DNA from: Clostridiales bacterium
GTDB lineage: Bacteria; Bacillota; Clostridia; Christensenellales; Aristaeellaceae
Direction: 5' to 3'
Length of the DNA stretch: 64,000 bases
NCBI GenBank assembly: GCA_015056365.1
Contig: SVGM01000016.1
Span: forward strand, 3,826 to 67,825
The position numbers were made by a program, and so were the translations under genes. Position 1 is the stretch's first letter; each line of letters begins with the position of its first letter. This document shows positions 46,900-55,406 of the stretch, in pieces. A model generated the notes under the pieces. That model worked only from the letters and a program-made list of their open reading frames with translations, had not been told where the DNA came from and searched no databases.

Positions 46900-47587
46900 T
46901 CCCCAAAAATACCAGCAGCGGATCAATGGCCTTTTCATCACGGCGCACTTCGAAGTGCAGGTGCGGTTCTGCGTCGCTTTCTGCAAGCACGCCGTTGCCC
47001 ACATGGCCGATCACCTGACCCTGATACACCGGGTCGCCGTCCTGGACATAACTGGCGTCGCACAGGCCTGCGTAGACAGTCGAATATCCATCACGATGCA
47101 AGATGCTTACGCAAAGGCCCATTTCTCCGGACGTCCAGACCCGCTCCACCGTACCGGCGGCGCTGGCTACCACCGGCGTACCATATGCAGCCTGCAGGTC
47201 GATGCCGCCATGGATCTGCCATGCGTTGACAGCTGCGAAGAATTGCGGTTCGTCAGCAGAATACTGCCTGATGGTGACGCCGCTGACCGGCTGAACAAAA
47301 GAAAACGGCGGCTCGGTAGGTACGCTCAGCGGCTTGGCAGTCGCCTGACTGGCAATGAGCGCCTCCTGAAGCGTCTGGGCGTTCTGGTTTCCGCCTGCAC
47401 TCTGTACCTCCTCATATACCTGCGGTATTTCTACGGTCTCATTACGCAGGCGAAAGGTATACACCGCACTGATGACAATCACCAGGACGCACACGCCCAG
47501 CACCACATAAAACCCCTGTTTTTCCATCATACGATCATAACGCTGATAGGCTTTTCTAACCTTGTCCCAGAATTTTTCAGACTGCAC
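46877..47587 (-). CDS. Membrane-anchored M23/LytM peptidase (SpoIIQ-like)
   Basis: GTG start after a GGGAGG SD. One N-terminal TM helix. The LytM motifs are intact (HGGIDL and PHLHFEV). It sits next to spoIID. Confidence 0.8.
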   Translation of the reverse strand: MQSEKFWDKVRKAYQRYDRMMEKQGFYVVLGVCVLVIVISAVYTFRLRNETVEIPQVYEEVQSAGGNQNAQTLQEALIASQATAKPLSVPTEPPFSFVQPVSGVTIRQYSADEPQFFAAVNAWQIHGGIDLQAAYGTPVVASAAGTVERVWTSGEMGLCVSILHRDGYSTVYAGLCDASYVQDGDPVYQGQVIGHVGNGVLAESDAEPHLHFEVRRDEKAIDPLLVFLGIDKNNTL

Positions 47588-47639
47588 AAAGATCCCTCCC
47601 GGGCATAGGTTGACCCTGTGTGCTGCCGCCTATACATTT

Positions 47640-48752
47640 TCAGCGTTTCTCCAGCGCTGTTCCCGGATAATAATGAGCAAGGATCTTTTCGTAACCATAG
47701 CCGTCCGCTGCCATGCTGTTGGCGCCTGCCTGGCTCATTCCTACGCCGTGACCGTAGCCCGTCTGGTGGAAGGTGATCCCGTCTGCGTCCATGGTGAAGG
47801 TAAAAAGAGTACTGCGAAGCCCAAGTGCGCCCCGGAAATCCGTTCCTTTTACTTCCCCTTCCCCCAGCAGCACTTCCTTTACCCTGCCCGTCTCCGTATG
47901 CGAAGCAATCAGAAGCGTCCGCTGCAGCGTTTCCGGGGTGATCCCCAGGTCCGGAAATGCTTTGGAAAGCAGCTGCGAAGCCTCTGAGAACGAAAAAAAC
48001 GTATCCTCACGGTAGCCGCGCACTCCCTCCTCCCCTGTGCTTTTTACGCTGACAAGGTAAGGCACTGCCTGAAAAAAAACAGCCTGTACATCCTCCGTCT
48101 GGCCGCCGCTGATGGCATGATACATTACTTGAATGGGTTCACCCTCCCAGGTGACCACCTGACCCGCCGTTGCCGCTACCGCATCCATGATGCGCTGCTG
48201 ATAAACCAGGTACTCGTCCCCCCACTTTTCCATGCAGGCGATCGTATCGGCGTACCCCTGACAATGCCCGCTCTCTGTGCACACATCCGCGCCTGTGCAA
48301 AGGGAGCAGCCGCCGTTTGCCTTCTGATACAACGCCCTCGTCCGGGCAGCCACGGACTGCGCCATCAGCGCTTGCGCATGATACGCCGCCGGCATCTCCG
48401 CAGCAACCACGCCGTAAACATAGCTTTCCAGTTCCATCTGTTCCAGTTGTCCCTTCTGTGCATTCCATACCGACAGCGTTACCGGCTCCCTGACAGGCGC
48501 ATCCAGCAGCGCCAATTCCGCGCCGTTTTCCAGCTGCCTGAGAGTATTCTGTGTCTGTTCGTCCTGCCGCGGTTCAAGCCATAGCAGCAGGATCCGCTCC
48601 ACCCTTCCGGGCAGCAACACCCTTGCCTGCCACACCGGCACCTCCAGCGCGCGCCACTGCGCAAGCGTCAGCGGCGCGCCGATCATCCGCCAGATCAGCG
48701 CCACGGCCAGCAGGATCAGGCTCAACCTGACCGGTGGATAGCCCTGTTTCAT
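47640..48752 (-). CDS. spoIID: Stage II sporulation protein D (lytic transglycosylase)
   Basis: SpoIID blocks are present (HAISGGQTE, VPYLVSVKS, GHGVGMSQAGANSMA). The ORF opens at 48758; I prefer the second ATG, at 48752, because of its SD spacing. Confidence 0.88.
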   Translation of the reverse strand: MKQGYPPVRLSLILLAVALIWRMIGAPLTLAQWRALEVPVWQARVLLPGRVERILLLWLEPRQDEQTQNTLRQLENGAELALLDAPVREPVTLSVWNAQKGQLEQMELESYVYGVVAAEMPAAYHAQALMAQSVAARTRALYQKANGGCSLCTGADVCTESGHCQGYADTIACMEKWGDEYLVYQQRIMDAVAATAGQVVTWEGEPIQVMYHAISGGQTEDVQAVFFQAVPYLVSVKSTGEEGVRGYREDTFFSFSEASQLLSKAFPDLGITPETLQRTLLIASHTETGRVKEVLLGEGEVKGTDFRGALGLRSTLFTFTMDADGITFHQTGYGHGVGMSQAGANSMAADGYGYEKILAHYYPGTALEKR

Positions 48753-48874
48753 ACGCATCCCTCCGCTTCCAGCCTATGCGCCTTTTGGGAAGAATATGGA
48801 TCGCTCCGGCAGGATTTTGCATGTTTGATGCGTTTTATGATAAAATATACCAACCGTTCCGTGAAAGGAGATTT

Positions 48875-50221
48875 ATGATGAAACGCGCTCTGTGTATCCT
48901 GCTGTGCCTCATGCTTGTGTTGCTGCCCGCCGTTTCCCAGGGCGCCACTTTGCATTCCGGCAGCACGGGGCAGAGTGTAATTCGACTCCAACAGCGGCTC
49001 AGAGAATTTTCCCTGCTCACCGGAAAGGCAGACGGCGTCTACGGTCAGCAGACCCAAAACGCGGTCAGACAGGCGCAGCGCCTGCTGTCGCTGTTTGGCT
49101 ACAATGTTCCCGAAAACGGCATTGCAGACGAGTTAACCCTGGAGCTGATCTTTTCCGCCGAAGCAGAGGATGCACTCAACACACTTTACCTGGGCAGCAA
49201 AGGCGAGCGGGTGAAGGCAGCCCAAAACCGCCTGATCGATCTGAATATGATGGACGCTCCTGCGGACGGTTCTTTCGGAAATGCCACTGCCGAAGCCGTT
49301 TTGCGCTTTCAGCAGAAAATGATGGAACTGGGGCTGGTATGGAACTGGCAGGATGGTGTGCTGGATCCCGAAACCCACGAGATCCTTTTCTCAGATCTGT
49401 CCGTGTACAATTTCCCTGCGCCCGTCTGCTTTGATACCAATCAACCGCTGAACCTGATGCCGGAGCACCTCTACGGCGACGCCTGCATCGTTATTGACGC
49501 GCCGTCCGGCCAGGTATTGTTTGAACACAATGCCCACCAACGGATGTATCCGGCCAGCACTACCAAGATCATGACGCTTCTTTTGGCGCTCTCCCACAGC
49601 AATCTTCAGGACATGGTCACCATTCCGCAAAGCGCCGCCAACGTGCCCGTAGACAGCTCGCTTGTGCCGGTATATCCCGGAGAGCAAATGTCCATGGAAG
49701 CCCTGCTGCACGGGCTGATGATCCGTTCGGGCAACGATGCCGCCAACGCAGTAGCCGAGCTTTGCCTGGGTGACGTGGCGACGTTTGTCGACGCAATGAA
49801 CCAGAAAGCCCTCGACCTGGGGCTGACCAATACCCACTTTGTCAATCCCCATGGATACCATGATGAAAACCACTATTCCACCGCCTATGATCTGGCGGCC
49901 ATTGCCCGTGCCGGCTTAACGGATCCAACCTTCTGCAAGATCGTCACCTGTCTGAGCTATCCCATGCCTGCCACCAGCAGGCGCGACGTCCTCACCCTGA
50001 CCTGTACCCACGAGATCTTCGATCCCGCTTCGGAATATCATATCCCCTACGCCGCCGGCGTCAAAAGTGGCTATACGTCGCTGGCAGGCTTCTGTTATGT
50101 GGGCGCTGCTCAGGCAAACGGCCACACACTAATCGCCGTGGTGCTCCATGCTCCCACGCGCAACAGGGCATGGCAGGATCTGCAAAAGCTGTTCAGCTAT
50201 GGCTTTGCTGCCCTGGAGTGA
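48875..50221 (+). CDS. D-alanyl-D-alanine carboxypeptidase (S11) with two N-terminal PG_binding_1 domains
   Basis: Signal peptide (MMKRALCILLCLMLVLL), SxxK (ASTTK), SxN (SGND) and a KSG triad variant. Confidence 0.85.
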   Translation: MMKRALCILLCLMLVLLPAVSQGATLHSGSTGQSVIRLQQRLREFSLLTGKADGVYGQQTQNAVRQAQRLLSLFGYNVPENGIADELTLELIFSAEAEDALNTLYLGSKGERVKAAQNRLIDLNMMDAPADGSFGNATAEAVLRFQQKMMELGLVWNWQDGVLDPETHEILFSDLSVYNFPAPVCFDTNQPLNLMPEHLYGDACIVIDAPSGQVLFEHNAHQRMYPASTTKIMTLLLALSHSNLQDMVTIPQSAANVPVDSSLVPVYPGEQMSMEALLHGLMIRSGNDAANAVAELCLGDVATFVDAMNQKALDLGLTNTHFVNPHGYHDENHYSTAYDLAAIARAGLTDPTFCKIVTCLSYPMPATSRRDVLTLTCTHEIFDPASEYHIPYAAGVKSGYTSLAGFCYVGAAQANGHTLIAVVLHAPTRNRAWQDLQKLFSYGFAALE

Positions 50222-50273
50222 GTCTTTTGGAACATAGCAAAACTATGCAATGGCAGAGTGTCCGGGAAACAAT

Positions 50274-50306
50274 AAAAGCTGCGTCAAGCAACTTGACGCA
50301 GCTTTT
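50274..50306. terminator. Bidirectional terminator
   Basis: A perfect 15-bp stem (AAAAGCTGCGTCAAG, loop caa, CTTGACGCAGCTTTT). Confidence 0.8.
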
Positions 50307-50398
50307 ATTGTGATAACGAGTGATGTATGATATGATTAACGCAAGTGATAAACTTGAATTTGTGGACACTTTGAACTTTGAATTCAATGGAGGAAACG

Positions 50399-50785
50399 AT
50401 GAAAAACTATACTCAAGTTTATGTAAAAAACAGCTTTGAAGCAGCAGAAATGTATTGCAAAGCTTTTGGTGCGGAGATCACACGCGAGTTTAAAAATGTG
50501 AACAACACGTCGTATGACCACTGCGAATTGTCGGTGGATGGTGAGGGTTTTTTGGCGCTAGCCGAAGCTTCAAATCCTTGTGATATCAATATAGTACATA
50601 AGTACAAATGGGAAACCATGACATTTAACGTGTTTGAGATGGGGAGTGAGGAAGCCGTTTATCATGCATTTCATGTTCTAAGCGATGGCGGAGTGGTTAT
50701 AGATCCCATTCATGAGCTCCCGTGGAGTAAATGTTGTGCGACCGTTATTGATAAGTTTGGAGTGTGTTGGTGGATTTCAATTTGA
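50399..50785 (+). CDS. VOC/glyoxalase-fold (PhnB-like) protein in an AT-rich islet
   Basis: 128 aa from the ATG 50399, which follows a GGAGG SD. Ends in a ...KFGVCWWISI motif typical of PhnB-like VOC proteins. Confidence 0.6.
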   Translation: MKNYTQVYVKNSFEAAEMYCKAFGAEITREFKNVNNTSYDHCELSVDGEGFLALAEASNPCDINIVHKYKWETMTFNVFEMGSEEAVYHAFHVLSDGGVVIDPIHELPWSKCCATVIDKFGVCWWISI

Positions 50786-50908
50786 TAAATCCAATTTGCT
50801 GTCTCGATCAAAGAGCACACTTCTATATATCTGTTGGGGGTATGCCGTGTATAGGATTTCGAAAATGACCCCTTGTGGAAAGAGCGCCCATCTGGTATTC
50901 CATACGCA

Positions 50909-50945
50909 AAACCCGCCGCATGATGGTTAATCATGCAGCGGGTTT
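50909..50945. terminator. Hairpin terminator shared by the VOC gene and the convergent MATE gene
   Basis: A 15-bp stem with one mismatch (AAACCCGCCGCATGA pairs with TCATGCAGCGGGTTT). T-runs follow on both strands. Confidence 0.65.
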
Positions 50946-50988
50946 ACTATTTTTGTTCCCCTGTGTTTTGCGATTCTGTTTTGCCGCT

Positions 50989-52359
50989 CTATACTGCCTC
51001 TATCTGTTCTTCCTGCGCGAACTGCTTGCGCAGTTTACGCATCACATGGAAATACGCAGGGAACAGGAACAGGTCGGCAGCGATCCAGGCCGTAGGATTG
51101 GCAAAGCATGCGCCCAGGAAGCCCAACATCGGCACCAACGTAAAGGCCACGGCAGCGCGGGCCAACATCTCAAACACGCCAGCAAATACCGCCAGATTGG
51201 AAAAGCCCAGACCCTGAATCAAGAAACGAACAATGTTGACAAAGGCCAACGCTACATACATGGAAGCATTGATCAGCAGATAGGTGCGGGCATTGGCCAG
51301 CACCTCTGTTTCAGAGGCATCCACAAACATCAGCGTCAGGGGACGGCTGAAGAAGAGCACGACCAAAAAAGCAAATATGGCATAAGCACTGCCCATGATA
51401 GAACAGCTTCTCAGGCCTTTGGAAACACGATCCAGTTTTCGTGCGCCCACGTTCTGGCCGCCGTAGGTGGCCATGGTGGAACCCATGGCGTCAAAGGGAC
51501 ACATCAGCAGCTGACTCACCTTGACGCCGGTTGCAATAGAGGCCACTGCCATGGAACCCAGTCCGTTGACCGCCGTCTGCAGAACAATAGCGCCCAGCGC
51601 GGTAATGGAGTATTGCATCCCGGTAGGAAGGCCCATGCCCAAAAGGCGCTTGATGCACTCGCCGCTGATCTTCCAGTCCTTTTTTTGTAGATACAGCGCA
51701 TCGCTGCGGAACACATAATTGATGCACAGTGCAGACGACACCATCTGAGAAGTTACCGTAGCAAGGGCGGCGCCCTTCACGCCCAGATTAAAGCCCAAGA
51801 TAAACAGCACATCCAGCGCCACATTCAGCAATGAGCTGAAAATCAGATAAATGACCGGCGTGCGAGAATCACCCAGCGATCGGATGATGCCAAAGAACAC
51901 GTTGTAGAGGAATACCACCGGAATGCCCAGGAAAATGATAAAAATATAATCATAGGCATACTGGAAGATATCCGCAGGGGTATTCATCCAGCGCAGGAAC
52001 GTGCTGCACAGCGTGCAGACCAGCGTGGTCATGACCGCCGCGAAGGCCATCGACAGCATGATGGCGTTGGTAACAAAGCGTTTCATGCCCGGATAGTCCC
52101 GCTCGCCAAACTTCTGCGCGACAGGGATCACAAAGCCATTGCATACGCCCATGCAGAACCCCAGTACCAGGAAGTTCAGTGAACCTGTGGAGCCTACGCC
52201 TGCCAGCGCTTCCACGCCCAGAAACTTGCCCACAACGATGGTATCCACCATGTTGTACACCTGCTGAAAAAGAAGACCGAGCAGCATCGGCAAAAAAAAG
52301 CCGACGATCAGCTTTGTCGGCGATCCTTCCGTCATGTCCCGTACTGCGCCTCGACTCAT
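50989..52359 (-). CDS. MATE-family efflux transporter
   Basis: 456 aa with 12 predicted TM segments. Typical N-terminus: GSPTKLIVGFFLPMLLGLLFQQVYNMVDTIVVG. Confidence 0.88.
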   Translation of the reverse strand: MSRGAVRDMTEGSPTKLIVGFFLPMLLGLLFQQVYNMVDTIVVGKFLGVEALAGVGSTGSLNFLVLGFCMGVCNGFVIPVAQKFGERDYPGMKRFVTNAIMLSMAFAAVMTTLVCTLCSTFLRWMNTPADIFQYAYDYIFIIFLGIPVVFLYNVFFGIIRSLGDSRTPVIYLIFSSLLNVALDVLFILGFNLGVKGAALATVTSQMVSSALCINYVFRSDALYLQKKDWKISGECIKRLLGMGLPTGMQYSITALGAIVLQTAVNGLGSMAVASIATGVKVSQLLMCPFDAMGSTMATYGGQNVGARKLDRVSKGLRSCSIMGSAYAIFAFLVVLFFSRPLTLMFVDASETEVLANARTYLLINASMYVALAFVNIVRFLIQGLGFSNLAVFAGVFEMLARAAVAFTLVPMLGFLGACFANPTAWIAADLFLFPAYFHVMRKLRKQFAQEEQIEAV

Positions 52360-52473
52360 CGGTCACATTACCTCCTGAGAGAAAAGTACCGCGTCAGTTT
52401 ACTCGCATCGTCCCGTTTTTTCAATAGGATTCATAGCAATTTACAAATTTAATTTTTTTGTATCAAGCCTGCT

Positions 52474-52508
52474 CAAAAAAGAAAGACCGGGCAGCTTACT
52501 GCCCGGGT
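52474..52508 (-). terminator. Intrinsic terminator downstream of mreB/mbl
   Basis: CCGGGCAG pairs with CTGCCCGG. On the minus strand it is followed by TCTTTCTTTTTTG. Confidence 0.7.
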
Positions 52509-52512
52509 TGAT

Positions 52513-53529
52513 TCAGCGTCGTCTTCCGTCCTCCAGATAGCGTCCCAGCTCGTGCATATTCTCCAGCACGCGGCCGCAGCCCACCACCACGTTGTTCTGC
52601 GGGTCTTCCGCGCAGGAGCAGGGCACCTTGAGCGCATCGGCAATGGCTTCGCAAAGACCGAACATCTGCGCGCCGCCGCCGGAAAGCAGAATGCCGTACT
52701 CAAAAATATCGGCTGCAAGCTCGGCAGGCGTGTGCTCCAGCACACCATGGATGCTTTCGATCAATTGCTGCAGCGGCTCGTCAATGGCTTCAGTGATATC
52801 ATTACCATAGATTCGCATGGTCTTGGGCAGGCCGGTGATCATATTACGACCGGTCACGTCCATGTACACCTGCTCCGTACGCGGAATCGCCGAACCGATG
52901 GTGATCTTGAGTTCCTCCGCCGTGCGCTCGCCGATATGCAGGTTGTGCTTGCGGCGTACGTGGCGGATGATGGCGTCATTGAAGCTGTCGCCGCCCACCT
53001 TCGCGCAGTCCTGAACCATTACCTTACCCACGGAGAGTACGCCAATATCACTAACGCCGGCGCTGATGTCCACGATCATGGTGCCGTAGGCTTCATCAAT
53101 GGGCAATCCAGCGCCCAATGCAGCTGCCAAAGGACGGCTGATCATCTGGGTACGGCGCATGCCCACGTCATACATGGTGGAGATCAGCGAACGTTTTTCC
53201 GTCTCATTTACGCCGGTGGGCACGCACATCACGGCACGGGGCCGGGCGAAATACCGCTTTCCGGTAACCCGGGTAACGAACTCGCGCAGCATCAGGCTGA
53301 CCAGTTCGTAGTCCATGATGGCGCCGTTGCGCAGAGGACTGATCACCATGATGTTACGAGGAGTGCGGCCGACCATTTTGTCAGCCTCCTCGCCGATGGC
53401 AAGAATGTTCCGGGTGTCCCGGTCTACCGCCACCACGGCAGGCTCGCGCAGCATGATGCCGCTGCCCTTCATATAGATGAGAACCTGCGAGGTTCCCAGA
53501 TCAATACCAATATCGTTGATACTTGCCAT
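52513..53529 (-). CDS. mreB: Rod-shape-determining actin homologue MreB/Mbl
   Basis: Trimmed to MASINDIGIDLGTSQVLIY. Actin-fold phosphate motifs are present. It lies downstream of spoIIID, like the Bacillus spoIIID-mbl pair. Confidence 0.92.
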   Translation of the reverse strand: MASINDIGIDLGTSQVLIYMKGSGIMLREPAVVAVDRDTRNILAIGEEADKMVGRTPRNIMVISPLRNGAIMDYELVSLMLREFVTRVTGKRYFARPRAVMCVPTGVNETEKRSLISTMYDVGMRRTQMISRPLAAALGAGLPIDEAYGTMIVDISAGVSDIGVLSVGKVMVQDCAKVGGDSFNDAIIRHVRRKHNLHIGERTAEELKITIGSAIPRTEQVYMDVTGRNMITGLPKTMRIYGNDITEAIDEPLQQLIESIHGVLEHTPAELAADIFEYGILLSGGGAQMFGLCEAIADALKVPCSCAEDPQNNVVVGCGRVLENMHELGRYLEDGRRR

Positions 53530-53654
53530 TGGACTTGCTTGCGCCTCCTTGCTGATCTGTATGCCGGAAAAAGAATCGCATACAAATTCACAAATATATT
53601 CGCCAGCCAAACGGCAATTCCTGCTTTTTCTGGTAATGTACCGCCAACGAGGTG

Positions 53655-53912
53655 TTAGTCATGGACGGACGCTCTGTATTTTTTTCTGGTTGCCTCGCCG
53701 CCCCGTAGATGTCTGACTGCTTTGTTGTAGCTCAATACAGCGCGTACCTGTTTGGCCAGAGTTGCATTCAGCCTGGGCAATCGCTGATCCATGTCTTTGT
53801 GCACCGATGATTTGCTTACCCCGAAATGTTGCGCTGCCGCACGAACCGTGGCGCCTGTGTCCGCGATATATTGGCCGATGGCGATGCACCGTTGATCGAT
53901 CTCCTGTCGCAC
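53655..53912 (-). CDS. spoIIID: Sporulation transcriptional regulator SpoIIID
   Basis: HTH (VRAAAQHFGVSKSSVHKDM) and a C-terminal basic block (IRHLRGGEAT-like: VRHLRGGEATRKKY). I prefer the GTG at 53912, 6 nt after GGAGGG, over the ATG at 53942. Confidence 0.85.
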   Translation of the reverse strand: MRQEIDQRCIAIGQYIADTGATVRAAAQHFGVSKSSVHKDMDQRLPRLNATLAKQVRAVLSYNKAVRHLRGGEATRKKYRASVHD

Positions 53913-54081
53913 GTCGATCCCTCCCAGCGTTTTGGAAAGCATATGCGAAAGAAGGCGGTAAAATGGCAGCGGCGCAGGGTGGTTTTTCCCTCATCATTTT
54001 TTAAGAAACATCCCAGAAAATCCTCAAGCATAACCCGGCGGTTTGTGTTACAATGGCATCGTTGATAAGGAGGGAATTTCC

Positions 54082-54696
54082 ATGGCTAACTACACCATCG
54101 ACGATATTGAAATTCTGCGCAAAAAAAGTGGCATCACCTATGAAGAAGCCGTCAATCTGCTGGAATACCACAACGGAAGTCTGGCCCGTTCGCTGGTCGA
54201 TCTGGAACGCAACGGACGAATGAAGGAAGACGGCGCTATGCCCCGGGGAAAGGAATCCGGTTTCAAAAAGATCCTGGGCACCCTGTTCCGTCTGCGCGTC
54301 ATGATCCAAAAGGACGGCATCACCGTGGCCAATCTGAGCAGCCTGTTCTGGGCAGTGACGGTTATGGTCGCACCGCATATCGCTTTTATTGCGCTGGCGG
54401 TTTCGCTGCTTCTGGGCTATCGGATCTCTATTGACCGCAACAGCAGCGCTTTTTCCAGCGACACCTTTGACAGCGTGGTAGGCGGTATGAAAACCAACGT
54501 TCAGAATACCTTCAACAGCTTCTCCCGTTCTTTTTCTCAGGAAAGCAGCCAGACCGAGCAGGATGCGCCTCCCCAGCGTCCACACACCGAAGCCGCGGCC
54601 AGCGGTACCCGCCCGGTAAACGTCCAGTTCCCCGGCGGCGGCAGCGTGGACGTACGGGATGAGGGCGACGGTTACCACGAAGCGGATATCAACTGA
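54082..54696 (+). CDS. Hypothetical protein with a UBA/EF-Ts-N-like N-terminus and a DUF4342-like body
   Basis: The ATG follows an AAGGAGGG SD. The N-terminus reads IDDIEILRKKSGITYEEAVNLLEYHNGSLARSLVDLE. There is one central hydrophobic segment. Confidence 0.5.
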   Translation: MANYTIDDIEILRKKSGITYEEAVNLLEYHNGSLARSLVDLERNGRMKEDGAMPRGKESGFKKILGTLFRLRVMIQKDGITVANLSSLFWAVTVMVAPHIAFIALAVSLLLGYRISIDRNSSAFSSDTFDSVVGGMKTNVQNTFNSFSRSFSQESSQTEQDAPPQRPHTEAAASGTRPVNVQFPGGGSVDVRDEGDGYHEADIN

Positions 54697-54716
54697 GCAC
54701 AAAGGGAGGCTAACCC

Positions 54717-55406
54717 ATGAGCAAGATTCTGATTGTTGAAGACGAGGTCAAAATCGCGCGGTTTGTAACGCTGGAGCTGACCCACGAAGGCTACGAAGTG
54801 GAAGTTGCCCACGATGGGCGCACCGGTTTGGAAAAATGCGAAAGTTGGAAGCCTGATCTGATGATCCTGGACCTGATGCTTCCGGGGCTGAGTGGCATCG
54901 AGGTGTGCCGCCGCCTGCGCCAGACCAGCGATGTCCCGATTATCATGCTCACAGCCAAGGATGACGTCAGCGACAAGGTAATGGGGCTTGATATGGGCGC
55001 AGACGACTATATGACCAAGCCTTTTGCCATTGAAGAGCTGCTGGCCCGCATCCGTGTATGCCTCAAGAAGCACCGTACGGACATCGCTCAGGACACCGGC
55101 AAGCGCTCCGTGGGTCAGCTGCACATCGAGCCGGCCAGTTACAGCGTGGGCTACGGCACAACGCCCATCACCCTGACCAAGAAAGAATTCGACCTTCTCA
55201 ACTATCTCTGGCAGCACGAAAACCACGCCGTTACCCGCGACGAATTGCTCACCAACGTCTGGGGGTACGAATTTACCGGAGATACCAATATTGTAGACGT
55301 GTATATCCGTTACCTGCGTCAGAAGATCGACGATAAGTTCGGCATCAAGACCATCCATACCATTCGCGCTGTGGGGTATATGTTCCGCTATGAGCAAGAA
55401 GCATAA
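54717..55406 (+). CDS. OmpR-family response regulator
   Basis: Receiver domain (MSKILIVEDE..., DLMILDLMLPG) plus a winged-helix output domain (TLTKKEFDLLNYL, IHTIRAVGYMF). Confidence 0.93.
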   Translation: MSKILIVEDEVKIARFVTLELTHEGYEVEVAHDGRTGLEKCESWKPDLMILDLMLPGLSGIEVCRRLRQTSDVPIIMLTAKDDVSDKVMGLDMGADDYMTKPFAIEELLARIRVCLKKHRTDIAQDTGKRSVGQLHIEPASYSVGYGTTPITLTKKEFDLLNYLWQHENHAVTRDELLTNVWGYEFTGDTNIVDVYIRYLRQKIDDKFGIKTIHTIRAVGYMFRYEQEA

